This document shows, piece after piece, positions 38,033-50,264 of a stretch of DNA of 64,000 nucleotides. A program made the translations under genes and the position numbers. The stretch is taken from positions 6,324,001 through 6,388,000 of the forward strand of contig CATNEN010000024.1 in assembly GCA_950097015.1 (NCBI GenBank), given 5' to 3'. The stretch is from Macrostomum hystrix (lineage: Eukaryota; Animalia; Platyhelminthes). The notes beneath the pieces are model-generated. The model ran no database searches and was not told the origin of the DNA. It saw nothing but the letters and a program-made list of their open reading frames with translations. Within the stretch, counting starts at the first letter, position 1, and every line of letters begins with the position of its first letter.

Positions 38033-41000
38033 TCAGGACGGTCCGAGCATGTTTTCCGGCCGCACCCACCGGTCAAAGTCCTCCGCGCTGAGCACACCCA
38101 GCTCAATAGCGGCCTCGCGCAGACTCAAACCCTTGGCGTGGGCGTGCTTAGCAATGGATGCCGCCTTATCGTAGCCAATGTGCGGATTTAGAGCAGTGAC
38201 TAGCATCAGCGATTGCGACATCAGCTGGGAGACCCGGTCGGAGTTGACCCGGGTGCCAGCCACGCACTTGTCGGCGAAACTGACACAGGCGTCAGCTAGC
38301 AGGGACATCGAGTGTAGCACATTGCGAACGATTAGTGGCTTATAAACGTTGAGCTGCAGGTGGCCCTGACTGCCGCCAATGGTGACCGCTACGTGATTGC
38401 CCATGACCTGGCACGCGACCATGGACAGGGCCTCGCACTGGGTTGGGTTCACTTTGCCTGAATGGAGTGGCAAATCAATGGTTTCAATTCTTACCGATTT
38501 GCAAAGCCTGGTTCAGGTGAATATGTGTTAATACATGAACACACGATGTATAGGAATTGCTTGCTTTACTCCCTAGTAGCTAAGCAAGTAAACTGTTTAG
38601 TAGCTAAGCAAGTAAACTGTTTAGTGGCTAAGCAAGTAAACTGTTTAGTAGCTAAGCAAGTAAACTGTTTAGTAGCTAAGCAAGTAAACTGTTTAGTGGC
38701 TAAGCAAGTAAACTGTTTAGTAGCTAAGCAAGTAAACTGTTTAGTGGCTAAGCAAGTAAACTGTTTAGTGGCTAAGCAAGTAAACTGTTTAGTAGCTAAG
38801 CAAGTAAACTGTTTAGTGGCTAAGCAAGTAAACTGTTTAGTGGCTAAGCAAGTAAACTGTTTAGTGGCTAAGCAAGTAAACTGTTTAGTGGCTAAGCAAG
38901 TAAACTGTTTAGTGGCTAAGCAAGTAAACTGTTTAGTGGCTAAGCAAGTAAACTGTTTAGTAGCTAAGCAAGTAAACTGTTTAGTAGCTAAGCAAGTAAA
39001 CTGTTTAGTAGCTAAGCAAGTAAACTGTTTAGTAGCTAAGCAAGTAAACTGTTTAGTAGCTAAGCAAGTAAACTGTTTAGTAGCTAAGCAAGTAAACTGT
39101 TTAGTGGCTAAGCAAGTAAACTGTTTAGTAGCTAAGCAAGTAAACTGTTTAGTGGCTAAGCAAGTAAACTGTTTAGTAGCTAAGCAAGTAAACTGTTTAG
39201 TAGCTAAGCAAGTAAACTGTTTAGTGGCTAAGCAAGTAAACTGTTTAGTGGCTAAGCAAGTAAACTGTTTAGTGGCTAAGCAAGTAAACTGTTTAGTGGC
39301 TAAGCAAGTAAACTGTTTAGTGGCTAAGCAAGTAAACTGTTTAGTGGCTAAGCAAGTAAACTGTTTAGTAGCTAAGCAAGTAAACTGTTTAGTGGCTAAG
39401 CAAGTAAACTGTTTAGTAGCTAAGCAAGTAAACTGTTTAGTGGCTAAGCAAGTAAACTGTTTAGTGGCTAAGCAAGTAAACTGTTTAGTGGCTAAGCAAG
39501 TAAACTGTTTAGTGGCTAAGCAAGTAAACTGTTTAGTAGCTAAGCAAGTAAACTGTTTAGTGGCTAAGCAAGTAAACTGTTTAGTGGCTAAGCAAGTAAA
39601 CTGTTTAGTGGCTAAGCAAGTAAACTGTTTAGTGGCTAAGCAAGTAAACTGTTTAGTGGCTAAGCAAGTAAACTGTTTAGTGGCTAAGCAAGTAAACTGT
39701 TTAGTGGCTAAGCAAGTAAACTGTTTAGTGGCTAAGCAAGTAAACTGTTTAGTAGCTAAGCAAGTAAACTGTTTAGTAGCTAAGCAAGTAAACTGTTTAG
39801 TGGCTAAGCAAGTAAACTGTTTAGTAGCTAAGCAAGTAAACTGTTTAGTGGCTAAGCAAGTAAACTGTTTAGTGGCTAAGCAAGTAAACTGTTTAGTGGC
39901 TAAGCAAGTAAACTGTTTAGTGGCTAAGCAAGTAAACTGTCTAGTAGCTAAGCAAGTAAACTGTTTAGTGGCTAAGCAAGTAAACTGTTTAGTGGCTAAG
40001 CAAGTAAACTGTTTAGTGGCTAAGCAAGTAAACTGTTTAGTAGCTAAGCAAGTAAACTGTTTAGTAGCTAAGCAAGTAAACTGTTTAGTAGCTAAGCAAG
40101 TAAACTGTTTAGTGGCTAAGCAAGTAAACTGTTTAGTGGCTAAGCAAGTAAACTGTTTAGTGGCTAAGCAAGTAAACTGTTTAGTAGCTAAGCAAGTAAA
40201 CTGTTTAATAATAATAATAATTGCAGGAGGGCTGCGGGCAGTGGCACATCATTTAGTGACACTAAGACCCGCAGCCAGCGAGGAGGCAATTCTGCCCATT
40301 TCGCTGACTCCTGAGCACACGCACTCAGATACTGTACGCAGGCACACGCTCACACAGGTGTGTACATCTGCCCTGACTTTCTCATCGTCAGGCAGTGTAC
40401 ATTTCACTGTGCCTTGGAGGTTGGCCCTCAAGGGCGTAAATTGCACGACAAGCCCCCAAGCCTTCTCTCCGCGGCTGCGCCCCAAATAAATGTGGCCTCA
40501 CCGTGGAATCGAACTTAGGGACCTTGGTGCGAGAGGCAAACGCGATAACCGCTCTGCCACCGACCCCCCCTACTAAAGTAAACTGTTTAGTAGCTAAGCA
40601 AGTAAACTGTTTAGTGGCTAAGCAAGTAAACTGTTTAGTGGCTAAGCAAGTAAACTGTTTAGTGGCTAAGCAAGTAAACTGTTTAGTGGCTAAGCAAGTA
40701 AACTGTTTAGTGGCTAAGCAAGTAAACTGTTTAGTGGCTAAGCAAGTAAACTGTTTAGTGGCTAAGCAAGTAAACTGTTTAGTGGCTAAGCAAGTAAACT
40801 GTTTAGTGGCTAAGCAAGTAAACTGTTTAGTAGCTAAGCAAGTAAACTGTTTAGTGGCTAAGCAAGTAAACTGTTTAGTAGCTAAGCAAGTAAACTGTTT
40901 AGTGGCTAAGCAAGTAAACTGTTTAGTGGCTAAGCAACTAAACTTCCTAGTGGCTAAGCAAGTAAACTGTTTAGTGGCTAAGCAAGTAAACTGTTTAGTG

Positions 41001-44000
41001 GCTAAGCAACTAAACTTCCTAGTGGCTAAGCAATTAGACTCCCTGGTTGATAAGCAACTTTAAATGCTAAGCAACTTTAAATCCCTACCTTAACTCCATG
41101 GTTGCTAAGAAACTAAACTTTCTATTGGCTAAGCAACTAAACTCCCTGGTTGCTAAGCAACCTTAACTCCATGGTTGCTAAGCAACCTTAACTCACTGTT
41201 TGATAATAAACCTTAACTTTATGGTTGCTAAGCAACATTAAATCCCTGGTTGCCAAGCAACAAAACTATACTTGATTATCAAGCAAAACAACAAAATTAC
41301 TGAACTGTCCAGGGTCACCATGTAGCCCAGCGCTCACCAGGCATGATACTAGATCCGGGTTCGTTCTCCGGCAGAGCCAGTTCGCCCAGACCGCAACGGG
41401 GCCCGGAGCCTAGCAGGCGGAAATCGTTGGCCAATTTGGTGAGTGAGCAGGCTGTGGTGTTCAGAGAGCCGCTGAGCTCAACCAGGGCGTCATGGCTGGC
41501 CAATGCCTCGAACTTGTTCGGAGCCGATCTGAAGTTTTTTTAGATGGCAATAACAATGACAGGTTAGTTTGAGTAGTTGACAAGGATGACATGTCAACCT
41601 GAGTAGTTAAAAATGATGACAGGTTAAACTGAGTAGTTGACAGTGATGACGGGTTAGTCTGAGTAGTTGACAGTGATGACGGGTTAGTCTGAGCAGTTGA
41701 CAAGGATGACAGGTATACTGAGCAGTTGACAAGGATGACAGGTCAAGCTGAGTAATATGGCAAGTTGTCCATTTGTGAAAATGAGCTCCTGAATACAATA
41801 ATTTCAAAGCCTAATTGACCTGAACGGCAGGCCAGTTAGTTGGGCCAGCGCGGCCGCCACATCCTCGCCAAAGCCCACTCGGCTGTTCAGTCCGGTGCCA
41901 ACAGCGGTGCCGCCGATAGCCAGCAGGTGGACATCACCAAGGCTAACTTGTAGCCTACGCAGGTCGCAGTCAATCTGATGCACGAAGGCGCCAATCTCTT
42001 GACCAACAGTCAGCGGCGTGGCGTCCTGCAGGTGTGTCCGGCCCAGCTTCACTAGCTGGCCATATTCACTAGCCTTAACGGCAAGAGTGTCGCGCAGATG
42101 CCGCAGTGAAGGCAACAATCGTTCAGCAGCTTCCATAGCAACAGCCACGTGCATAGCAGTCGGGAAGACATCGTTGGAGCTCTGGCCCATGTTCACGTGA
42201 TCATTAGGATGAACGGGATTCTTAGAGCCAATCTGGCCGCCAAGCAGTTCTATGGCCCGATTGCTCAGCACTTCGTTCATGTTCATGTTGGTCTGAGTGC
42301 CCGAACCGGTCTGCCACACCACCAGTGGAAAGTGCTGATTCAGGCGCCCCGAGATTACCTCGTCTGCGGCGCTGCAGATGGCCGTCTGAATGGCCGGGTC
42401 CAGGCCGTGACTTGAGTTCACCTGGGCTGCGGCCTTCTTCACATAGGCGAGGCCGCGAATCACCTGAGACTGTTGGCAAGGTTTGGGAAAGGTAATAACT
42501 TGGGAAGTTATTTGGGAATAAATTGGGAAAGGATACTAAACTCCCAACTATCTAAGCAAATAAACTCCCCTAGTGTCTAAGCAGATAAACTCCCAAGTGG
42601 CTAAGCAAATAAACTCCCTAGTGGCTAAGCAAATAAACTCCCTAGTGGCTAAGCAAATAAACTCCCTAGTGGCTAAGCAAATAAACTCCCTAGTGGCTAA
42701 GCAAATAAACTCCCCTAGTGGCTAGGCAAATAAACTCCCTAGTGGCTAAGCAACTAAACTCCCTAGTGGCTAAGCAGATAAACTCCCTAGTGGCTAGGCA
42801 AATAAACTCCCTAGTGGCTAAGCAAATAAACTCCCTAGTGGCTAGGCAGATAAACTCCCTAGTGGCTAAGCAAATAAACTCCCTAGTGGCTAAGCAAATA
42901 AACTCCCTAGTGGCTAAGCAAATAAACTCCCTAGTGGCTAGGCAAATAAACTCCCCTAGTGGCTAGGCAAATAAACTCCCTAGTTGCTAAGCAGATAAAC
43001 TCCCTAGTTGCTAAGCAAATAAACTCCCCTAGTGGCTAGGCAAATAAACTCCCTAGTTGCTAAGCAGATAAACTCCCTAGTGGCTAGGCAAATAAACTCC
43101 CTAGTTGCTAAGCAGATAAACTCCCTAGTGGCTAGGCAAATAAACTCCCTAGTTGCTAAGCAGATAAACTCCCTAGTGGCTAAGCAACTAAACTCCCTAG
43201 TTGCTAAGCAGATAAACTCCCTAGTGGCTAGGCAAATAAACTCCATAGTTGCTAAGCAACTAAACTCCCTAGTGGCTAGGCAGATAAACACCCTAGTGGC
43301 TAAGCAACTAAACTCCCTAGTGGCTAGGCAAATAAACTCCCTAGTTGCTAAGCAGATAAACTCCCTAGTTGCTAGGCAGATAAACACCCTAGTGGCTAAG
43401 CAACTAAACTCCCTAGTGGCTAGGCAAATAAACTCCCTAGTTTCTAAGCAGATAAACTCCCTAGTGGCTAAGAAAATAAGCAAGTAACTCACAGGCATTT
43501 TATCAGTATCACGACCAATATTAAAATTGATCATTGACCTGGCAGTCTGGGCACCATAGTAGGCCCAGGAGGGTACAGCAATTTCTCCAAAGGTGTCCCG
43601 CTCCATCCTACTGGCTGCAGTGTCAGACATTGTGGATAATGACTGTATTTTGATCCAGCGGGCCAATAACAACTGCTGCAGCAGAGATTGACTAGCGCGA
43701 TTGGCTAAGGCTATGAAACTCTGAAAAATATAAGCAAATGTTTATAGCAAACTTATCTATAGTCAATAGTCTTGGTGATTGTCAATGTAGAGGAGCCTAT
43801 GTTCTACAAAAAATGTAAATAATAAAACAATACCGAGAATTTCAGATCTATAACTAGGCTAGGCTATAGCTTAATTTATCTAACCAAATATATTAATAGT
43901 TTTTAAATAGGCCTAATCCTGCGGCCAGTCCGCAGCGTTCGTGCACCTGTGCATGATCAGGTACCTCGGGCTACGACTCTGAGGGACAGGTGTCACCCTT

Positions 44001-47000
44001 CGACCTTAACAGGGTATGCGGCCAGTCTGCAACGTTCGTGCACCTGTGCGTGATCAGGTACCTCTGGCTACGGCTGGTGGAACAAGTGTCACCCTTCGAC
44101 CTCAACAGGGTACGCAGCCAGTCTGCGGGCCTGGCACTGCTCTAGGTGCCCTCTTATGCCTAAGGTCTCACCGCGCTGAGGGGCTGAAAGGTCCGGGGAG
44201 TATATCCTGCCGTTAGCGGTTTTTATAACCTGGCCTTGGTTACCCGAGGCCAGGAGACGCCCCTCTCGACAGCGCAACTCGACCAGTTTTGGCGCAGATT
44301 GGACTCCCATCTGGTCAAACTAGCACTGAGCGGCACTGTGCTGCACGTCCTGAAGACCGACATCCAGGACCAAGCCCTCATTGTCCAGCCTGCCGACAAC
44401 CAGTCTGGACAGCAACTCCTCAAGATGCTGAAAACCTTCGACTGGGGCACGGAAATGGGCAAACTGTTTATCTACAGGGAGGACGAGCGCCCCCAGACAC
44501 ACCGTCATCCCAGCTCGCAGCGCCATCACAAACGCCGGAGAACTGCGCCGCCTGCGGTTGGCAATCCACCCGGATCTGCCAGCTAATGGTGTCGTGGTTC
44601 ATGAAACCATCACCAGACCTAGTGGAGATGGTTTCACGGCCATTCTAGGACTGTCGGACAGCTGGATGCTCCGCTGCCCAGACATGTCCTACATCAGTGC
44701 AGGTCTCACTCGAATGCAGATCTTCAGCTTCGAGTCCGACGCCACTCGCCCGCCGCCCCCGGAAAAGCGGAAACGGACGAATCAGAGCTCTGCCGGGCCC
44801 CTGCGCCCTGGAACACAGACTCCTGACCGTCACGACTTTAAGCGTGACACCAGGAAAGTGAAGTCCGAAAAGTGGCGCCAATACTGCGCCGACCGGACGG
44901 CCGGCTTGCTGAGAATCCTGGCGAATTGCTGGACATCATGCTCGCCAGCGCTTTCCCCCGGACTGCGCCGCTTCAGGACCCGCCGGACCACACTCCGGGT
45001 GTACACATCCTTGCGACCACTCTTTATCACTAGAGAACGGACAGCTCGCGCTGCTAATTCCTTCTCACCTTTTAAGTCGCCTGGACCTGACAACATTTAC
45101 CCCGCCTTCCTACATGAAGCGGTGAAAAATGACAGGTTCCTCGGCCTTCTCTGCAACCTGTTCAAGGCCTGTATCACCCTCGGGTACATTCCCAAGTCTG
45201 GGAAAGGAGACTACCATTCCGCCAAAGCCTTCCGCCCCATCAGCTTAACATCTTTCTTTCTTAAGCTGCTTGAAAGGCTAGTTCTTTGGCGGCTTCTTCA
45301 CGTTGAGTTGAGGAACTCCCCGCTCTCTGCCAACCAGCACGCCTTTCGATCCGGACGCTCCATCAAAAGTGCTCTGCATGCCATTGTCGACAAGCTGGAG
45401 CGCACCGTGCTTGGCACCGGTTTTGCTCTCTCGCTTTTCCTCGACATTGATGGTGCCTTCGACAATGTGCGCTTCGGAGCCTTTAGGCAAGCCCTGGAAC
45501 GCCGGGCTGCGCAAAAGCCCCTCACCCGCTGGATCATGTATATGATCTCTCACCAAACTGCCACCTCGCACCTGCTTGGCCACTCCTGTTCTGTGAAAGT
45601 CCAGAAGGGAGGCCCGCAGGGTGGCATTCTCAGTCCGTTCCTTTGGAACCTTGTCATGGACGAGCTGCTCTGCAGCCCTGACCCGGACCTGGTCCAAAAA
45701 ATTGGCTATGCTGACGACTTCACCGCTGAAATGGGCCTGTAGAATCCAGAATGCCGGCTGGCATTTCCCGGCTGAAATGGGACAGCAGGAGATAGCACAG
45801 CAGGAGATTCTGAAGCAACAAATTCAATGGATGAAGAAGCACCTGCTGCATGTTGCGTACACGCTAATCTGGATCGCCTGAGGCCGCAGCGGGAGCACGT
45901 CTGGCTGGCATTCTGGATTCTACAGGCCCATTTCAGCCGGGAAATCGTTATAGCGGCCTGGCGACGCGCATCAAGTTATTCCAAGCACGTGATAACTCGA
46001 AACCCATATGACTATAACAAGATTCTGCTAAATATTGAGAGTAGATGGGCCACCAACTTGGTTGGTTGGCCGTGTCAGCTGGTATTGCCGATTGAATGCA
46101 CTTTTTAATTCTTCGTGTCATTTTTATCACTTATTATTCAAAAAATGCCTTTAGGGAAGGCAGTTGTAATAGGCTGTTTCGTGTTTTACTGTATCTATGC
46201 TTATTTCTAGGAAATTGTATAGATTCATCGTTTGTTTAAATATGCTTTAATTCTTTGTTTTAATATGCATGCCCACCCCCAATTTTGCTATAAATATATG
46301 CACGCTACAAGAGAGAGAACTAACTTTTGGGAGCCAAACCCAAGTTCAAGAATAAGATTTGCTGAATGCATGCGTTCTTTGAATTAAAATTGTTATAAAG
46401 AGGAAATAACACTAAAATTACATAAAACGTATTGGAGGACAGTTTATTGTCAAGATGATAGCACGAAGCCAGTTTGGACCAAAATTAATACATACATTTG
46501 ACTGGTACTCTCCAAACCATTGGAGCCTTTTAAAGACTGGTTGTAACCAATAAAACTCTCCAGAGGAGGACAGCGCTGCCGACGCCGGTATCACCGGATC
46601 CCCCTGCCTGACACTGCAGCTATAGTTGCCCATGGTTGCCAAGGGGTAGCAGAAAGGGCAGAAACACCTCACAGCTACATCTAAAGGATGCCCCTTGCAG
46701 CTAAGTTAAGTCAAGTAGCTATTTAATTCAGTGGTCAATGTTTGAAATAGTATATAAATTAGACTCAATAGCCCATTATAAGTATCAGCTTACTTACAAA
46801 ATAACATAAAAAATATTTTTCCAAACACAAACATGGATAGAGCATTTTATACTTTGAAGAATTAGGCCTAAATTACTTATAATTGGAATTAAATTTTCAT
46901 CCTTTCTATGCATCCATTACTTAATAGCATTTTAGGATTAGCTAGGCCTAGTAACTTAGGACTTAGGAGTTAGCATAATTCAGAAATTTGATTTTAAAAT

Positions 47001-48597
47001 GCTAAAAATAGGCCTATCATTAGGCCTAGCAGTTAGCAAGGTCTAGTATGGTAATTTATTACTTAAAAAACAAATGAGCTAGGCCTAGCAAAAATTCAAT
47101 TAACTCTAAGTAAGAACATGAGGCCTGTCACTGACGGCTTGATCATTAGGCCTAATTAATAAATTTGCATTGATTTTTATTGCTTTAAAGTCTTCTAATC
47201 CCATGAATAAATATAATAATATGAAATTCAGTATGTGTGAACATAGAACTCTCTGTACACTATGGCTTCCTGTTGCCAGACAAGATTGTGAGTGGCATAG
47301 TAGTTATTTAAGCTGGACGGCAGACGCTTAGAGTTAGGCGGAACTGTAGTTTGCGGGCTAAGACTCTTAAAATATATATATATCTATAGCCACTGCACTT
47401 CACTAAGCATAAGGGATTTGTTTCCTAGATGAAGAAACTAAGAGTATGGCCGAAAGTTTACAAGTTTTCGTCTTAAACTTTGCTTTAATTTGATATATTT
47501 CCCGTAATTCAGTGTATAGTAGGCCAACTTACCCTACTATTTACATACCTTTAGAGACGTACTTATTTATTTACTCAGTCGTGTCTCGTCACGCCTTTAC
47601 AAGATGACACTTTTGGCGCCAATTTAAAATTGAATTTAGTTGACAATTTTGTAAAAAGCAAAATTTTTAATTTGTTTATCAACAACCCATGGCATTCATT
47701 ACCTTAGTGGCGTTTAGCAGAGCAGAAACAGTGGGTCTAACTTTTTAAGTAAATAAGTTAATAGAAATAAAGACTCTTACTCATCTTAATGTTAAGTACC
47801 AATTTAACTTCACCCAACTAGTCCGATTCAATCGCGATTATTAATTCCTAAGCCGTCATTATCAATATAGGCCTAGGCCTATAGGCCTATATAATATCAA
47901 GACAACTGTAGTAAGCCAAGGTAGTCTTTTAGTTTGACAGTTTACCCCAATTAGCTATCTAGACTAATGTGTAAAATATTAATAATGTTGTAGGGCCCTT
48001 TCTTTATTATTCTTTGTAAATTACTTATATTTATCCACTGCAAAATTCTTAGTTAATAGTCAACTTTCAGCCTAATCTAGGACATTATGTTATTATTATA
48101 TAAATGTTTTTTATGCCATAAATCATTGTAATAAACATCTTCTAGTGCACTTCTGTTTGGGATTGCACATCATTAGCTATCCACTGTAATGGATGTCTAG
48201 AGTGATAAGGCCTATTATTATTAGGTGATTTATGAGCTAACTTTGTTGCTAAAAGTTGACACTTTAATTATGAAATTATTTTGACACATTTTTACCTTGT
48301 GCACACATAATATGTATGAATTTGAATTTGCAACTCATGACATGGCAAGAGTCATAAAATGTAGTGCTGGCATGGTTGTAATGCACTATATGGGCAAGGG
48401 GTCCATGATCAAAGTCTTAGTTATATAGCTAAAAGTTATATATTTAAATATAAGTTTCTATACTTTACACTTCTTCAATCTCTTTAAACTCTCCAAAAGC
48501 TAACTACTATACCATGGCCAGCAGGCCCCCAGCACCTATAAACATATATTCCACTGAATTAAGTTAAGTCTATTGATGCACTAGGCCTACTCACCAT
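38033..48597 (-). CDS. FH: Fumarate hydratase class II, mitochondrial/cytosolic (about 498 aa)
   Basis: Confident exons 43720-43493 ([22 protein letters not shown]), 42469-41820 ([23 protein letters not shown]), 41528-41338 and 38457-38033. The signature [15 protein letters not shown] spans the last junction. The initiator ATG|gtgagt at 48597-48595 is inferred and much less certain. Confidence 0.95.
38575..41270. repeat. 24-bp minisatellite filling FH intron 4, interrupted by a SINE and degenerating toward the donor
   Basis: Unit gtrgctaagcaagtaaactgttta, near-perfect over 38575-40207 and 40576-41035, degenerate to ~41270. Confidence 0.97.
40208..40570 (-). mobile_element. SINE family A, copy 3, inserted inside the 24-bp array
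   Basis: Full-length with A/B boxes and TTA tail. aagtaaactgttta flanks both sides (40194-40207 and 40576-40589). Confidence 0.93.
41555..41760. repeat. 30-bp minisatellite in FH intron 3
   Basis: Unit gagtagttgacaaggatgacaggttagtct, about 7 copies. Confidence 0.88.
42545..43475. repeat. 24-bp minisatellite in FH intron 2, related to the intron 4 array
   Basis: Unit gtggctaagcaaataaactcccta. Confidence 0.96.
43920..45724 (+). mobile_element. Degenerate, internally deleted non-LTR retrotransposon (I-group, LOA/R1-like)
   Basis: 5' tandem ~97-bp repeats (43920, 44017), an ORF1-like remnant (44236-44586), and RT motifs [45 protein letters not shown] and GYADD (45707-45718). Frameshifts and deletions are present and it is truncated after YADD. 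Confidence 0.9.
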
Positions 48598-48954
48598 CTG
48601 AAGCAACCTATAAACAGTGCATGCCAATATTGTAATCATAGTTGGCTTAATTAATTAATCAATAAGAAATTTATTAGCTATTAGGGCATAGCTATCATGG
48701 ACATACATGTGCAACACCTGGCCTGGCCGGGTGAAATGAGGGCCAAGCAAGGTAAGTTGCAAAAACCAATCGACCAAGCGCAAAAAAATCAAAGGGGGGA
48801 CCAAGGGACAAAAAAGGAAGGCGTGAAGAAAAGTAAAAAGGGGAGAGAACAAATAAGAACAAACTAAGTCGTAAATTAATCAATGAATTGAACTAAGTCA
48901 CAAATGAGAGCAAACTAAGTCGTAAATAGAGCAAACTAAGTCGCACGGCTGGCT

Positions 48955-49270
48955 AAGATTTGAGAGGTTGCGCATGTATGGCTATGGAGAAAAGGCTTGT
49001 GGGCTTGTCATGCAATTTATAGGCCTACCCTCCTTTGGGGGCCAACCTCCAAGGCACAATGAGCATATTACACTGCCTAACAATAAGAAATGTATAGCAG
49101 ATCTACACTCCTGTGTGGGTATGCATCTTTCTATAGTATCTGTGTGTGTGTTCTTAGGGGTCATAAAAATGTGAAAAAATTATCTTATCCCTAGCTATAG
49201 GTCATTGTGTCACTGAATGATATGCCATTTTCTGCAGCCCTCTTGCAAGTATTGTTAACATTATTATTAA
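48955..49270 (+). mobile_element. SINE family A, old degenerate copy in the opposite orientation
   Basis: gggcttgtcatgcaattta...gccaacctccaaggcaca...gcagccctcttgcaa...ttattatta match the family A sense strand with many substitutions. Confidence 0.75.
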
Positions 49271-50264
49271 ATTATGCTACTATAAACATGTTAGGAAGAA
49301 GCCTCTGATTTTTACAGTATAGGATGAAAGATTATAAACAATGTTAGCCATATCCTTGGATGTGGCAAAAGTTTGGTATTATTGTTTTTTGGTTCTATCC
49401 TATAGACGTAATGTCTATATGGCCTATATGTATAAGTAAGAAAGATTGGTTGCTTGGGCCAAGGTCTAGTGAAAATTAGTTTAGGCCTAATTAATAGCTT
49501 GTGTATACTTGGCTTAAACAAATTATTTGATTAATAGATTTGCTATAAAGAAATTAGAACATATATTTATATATATATAACATAATATCTTCTTTTTTGC
49601 AATTGGACTATGACTTTCTAGAAATATTTGTTTGCAAATAGCTTTAATAAAGTATATCCTGTTAGTCAAAGCTGTGTTTATATTTCAATAAGTCACTGTT
49701 TTAATAAAAAGAAAAACAAAAAAACAAATTAACAAATTCTTGGCAAATGCAAAAACAAAGTAGATTCTTAAATTAAACAAGTCTATCAGTGTTGATTAAC
49801 TTTGGTTATAGGTAAGTATATAATAGTATATTAGTAGAGACAGCATATGTGCTAAAATGTTTAAGTTAAAGTGCTTTGATTTGATTAGCTATTTAGATAT
49901 ATAGAAACCATATGATTTTTTATCATGAATTTTTTTGGCATTCAAAAGTTTAGTGTTAGCATTTAAATAATGAACTTTTTACTGTATTGTTCTAAAAATG
50001 TGTTAATCCATATTTTCGAATGGTTAGCATGGCAAGACTAGAGAAGCCTCAGTTTTTAGCTATTTTGCATGCATAGGTTGGTGTTACATATTAGTAAAAC
50101 TTTAATGCATAATTAGTTAATCAATTTTTACATTGATTGTTACTAGTTATTCGATTTTAAGGGAATTAAAGTGTAGTTTAATACTTTTACAGGTATGTTT
50201 TTAAATCAGCAACAATTTTTTTAAGTTTAACATTGGGAACTTCCAGCTTTCAATTTCATAGAAA

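Noticed and set aside
38462-40489. 675-aa ORF of VAKQVNCL repeats, and similar repeat ORFs at 2926-3723, 4945-5595, 40503-41063, 42718-43487 and 52858-54461
   Set aside because: These are stop-free frames of tandem monomers, most of them inside introns, with no splice or start context. They are artefacts of the arrays.
43004-43492. In-frame read-through of FH exon 2 into the intron 2 array (ATREFICL repeats)
   Set aside because: A strong GTGAGT donor lies at 43492, and the open frame follows trivially from a monomer lacking stops in that frame. There is no evidence of intron retention.
38033-43720. Horizontally acquired bacterial fumC
   Set aside because: The gene has spliceosomal introns and a presequence-like N-terminus. 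High similarity to FumC is normal for eukaryotic class II fumarase.
46550-46715. 3' end of the LINE at 43920
   Set aside because: It is GC-rich with a taagttaagt-like end, but no sequence link or TSD ties it to the element.
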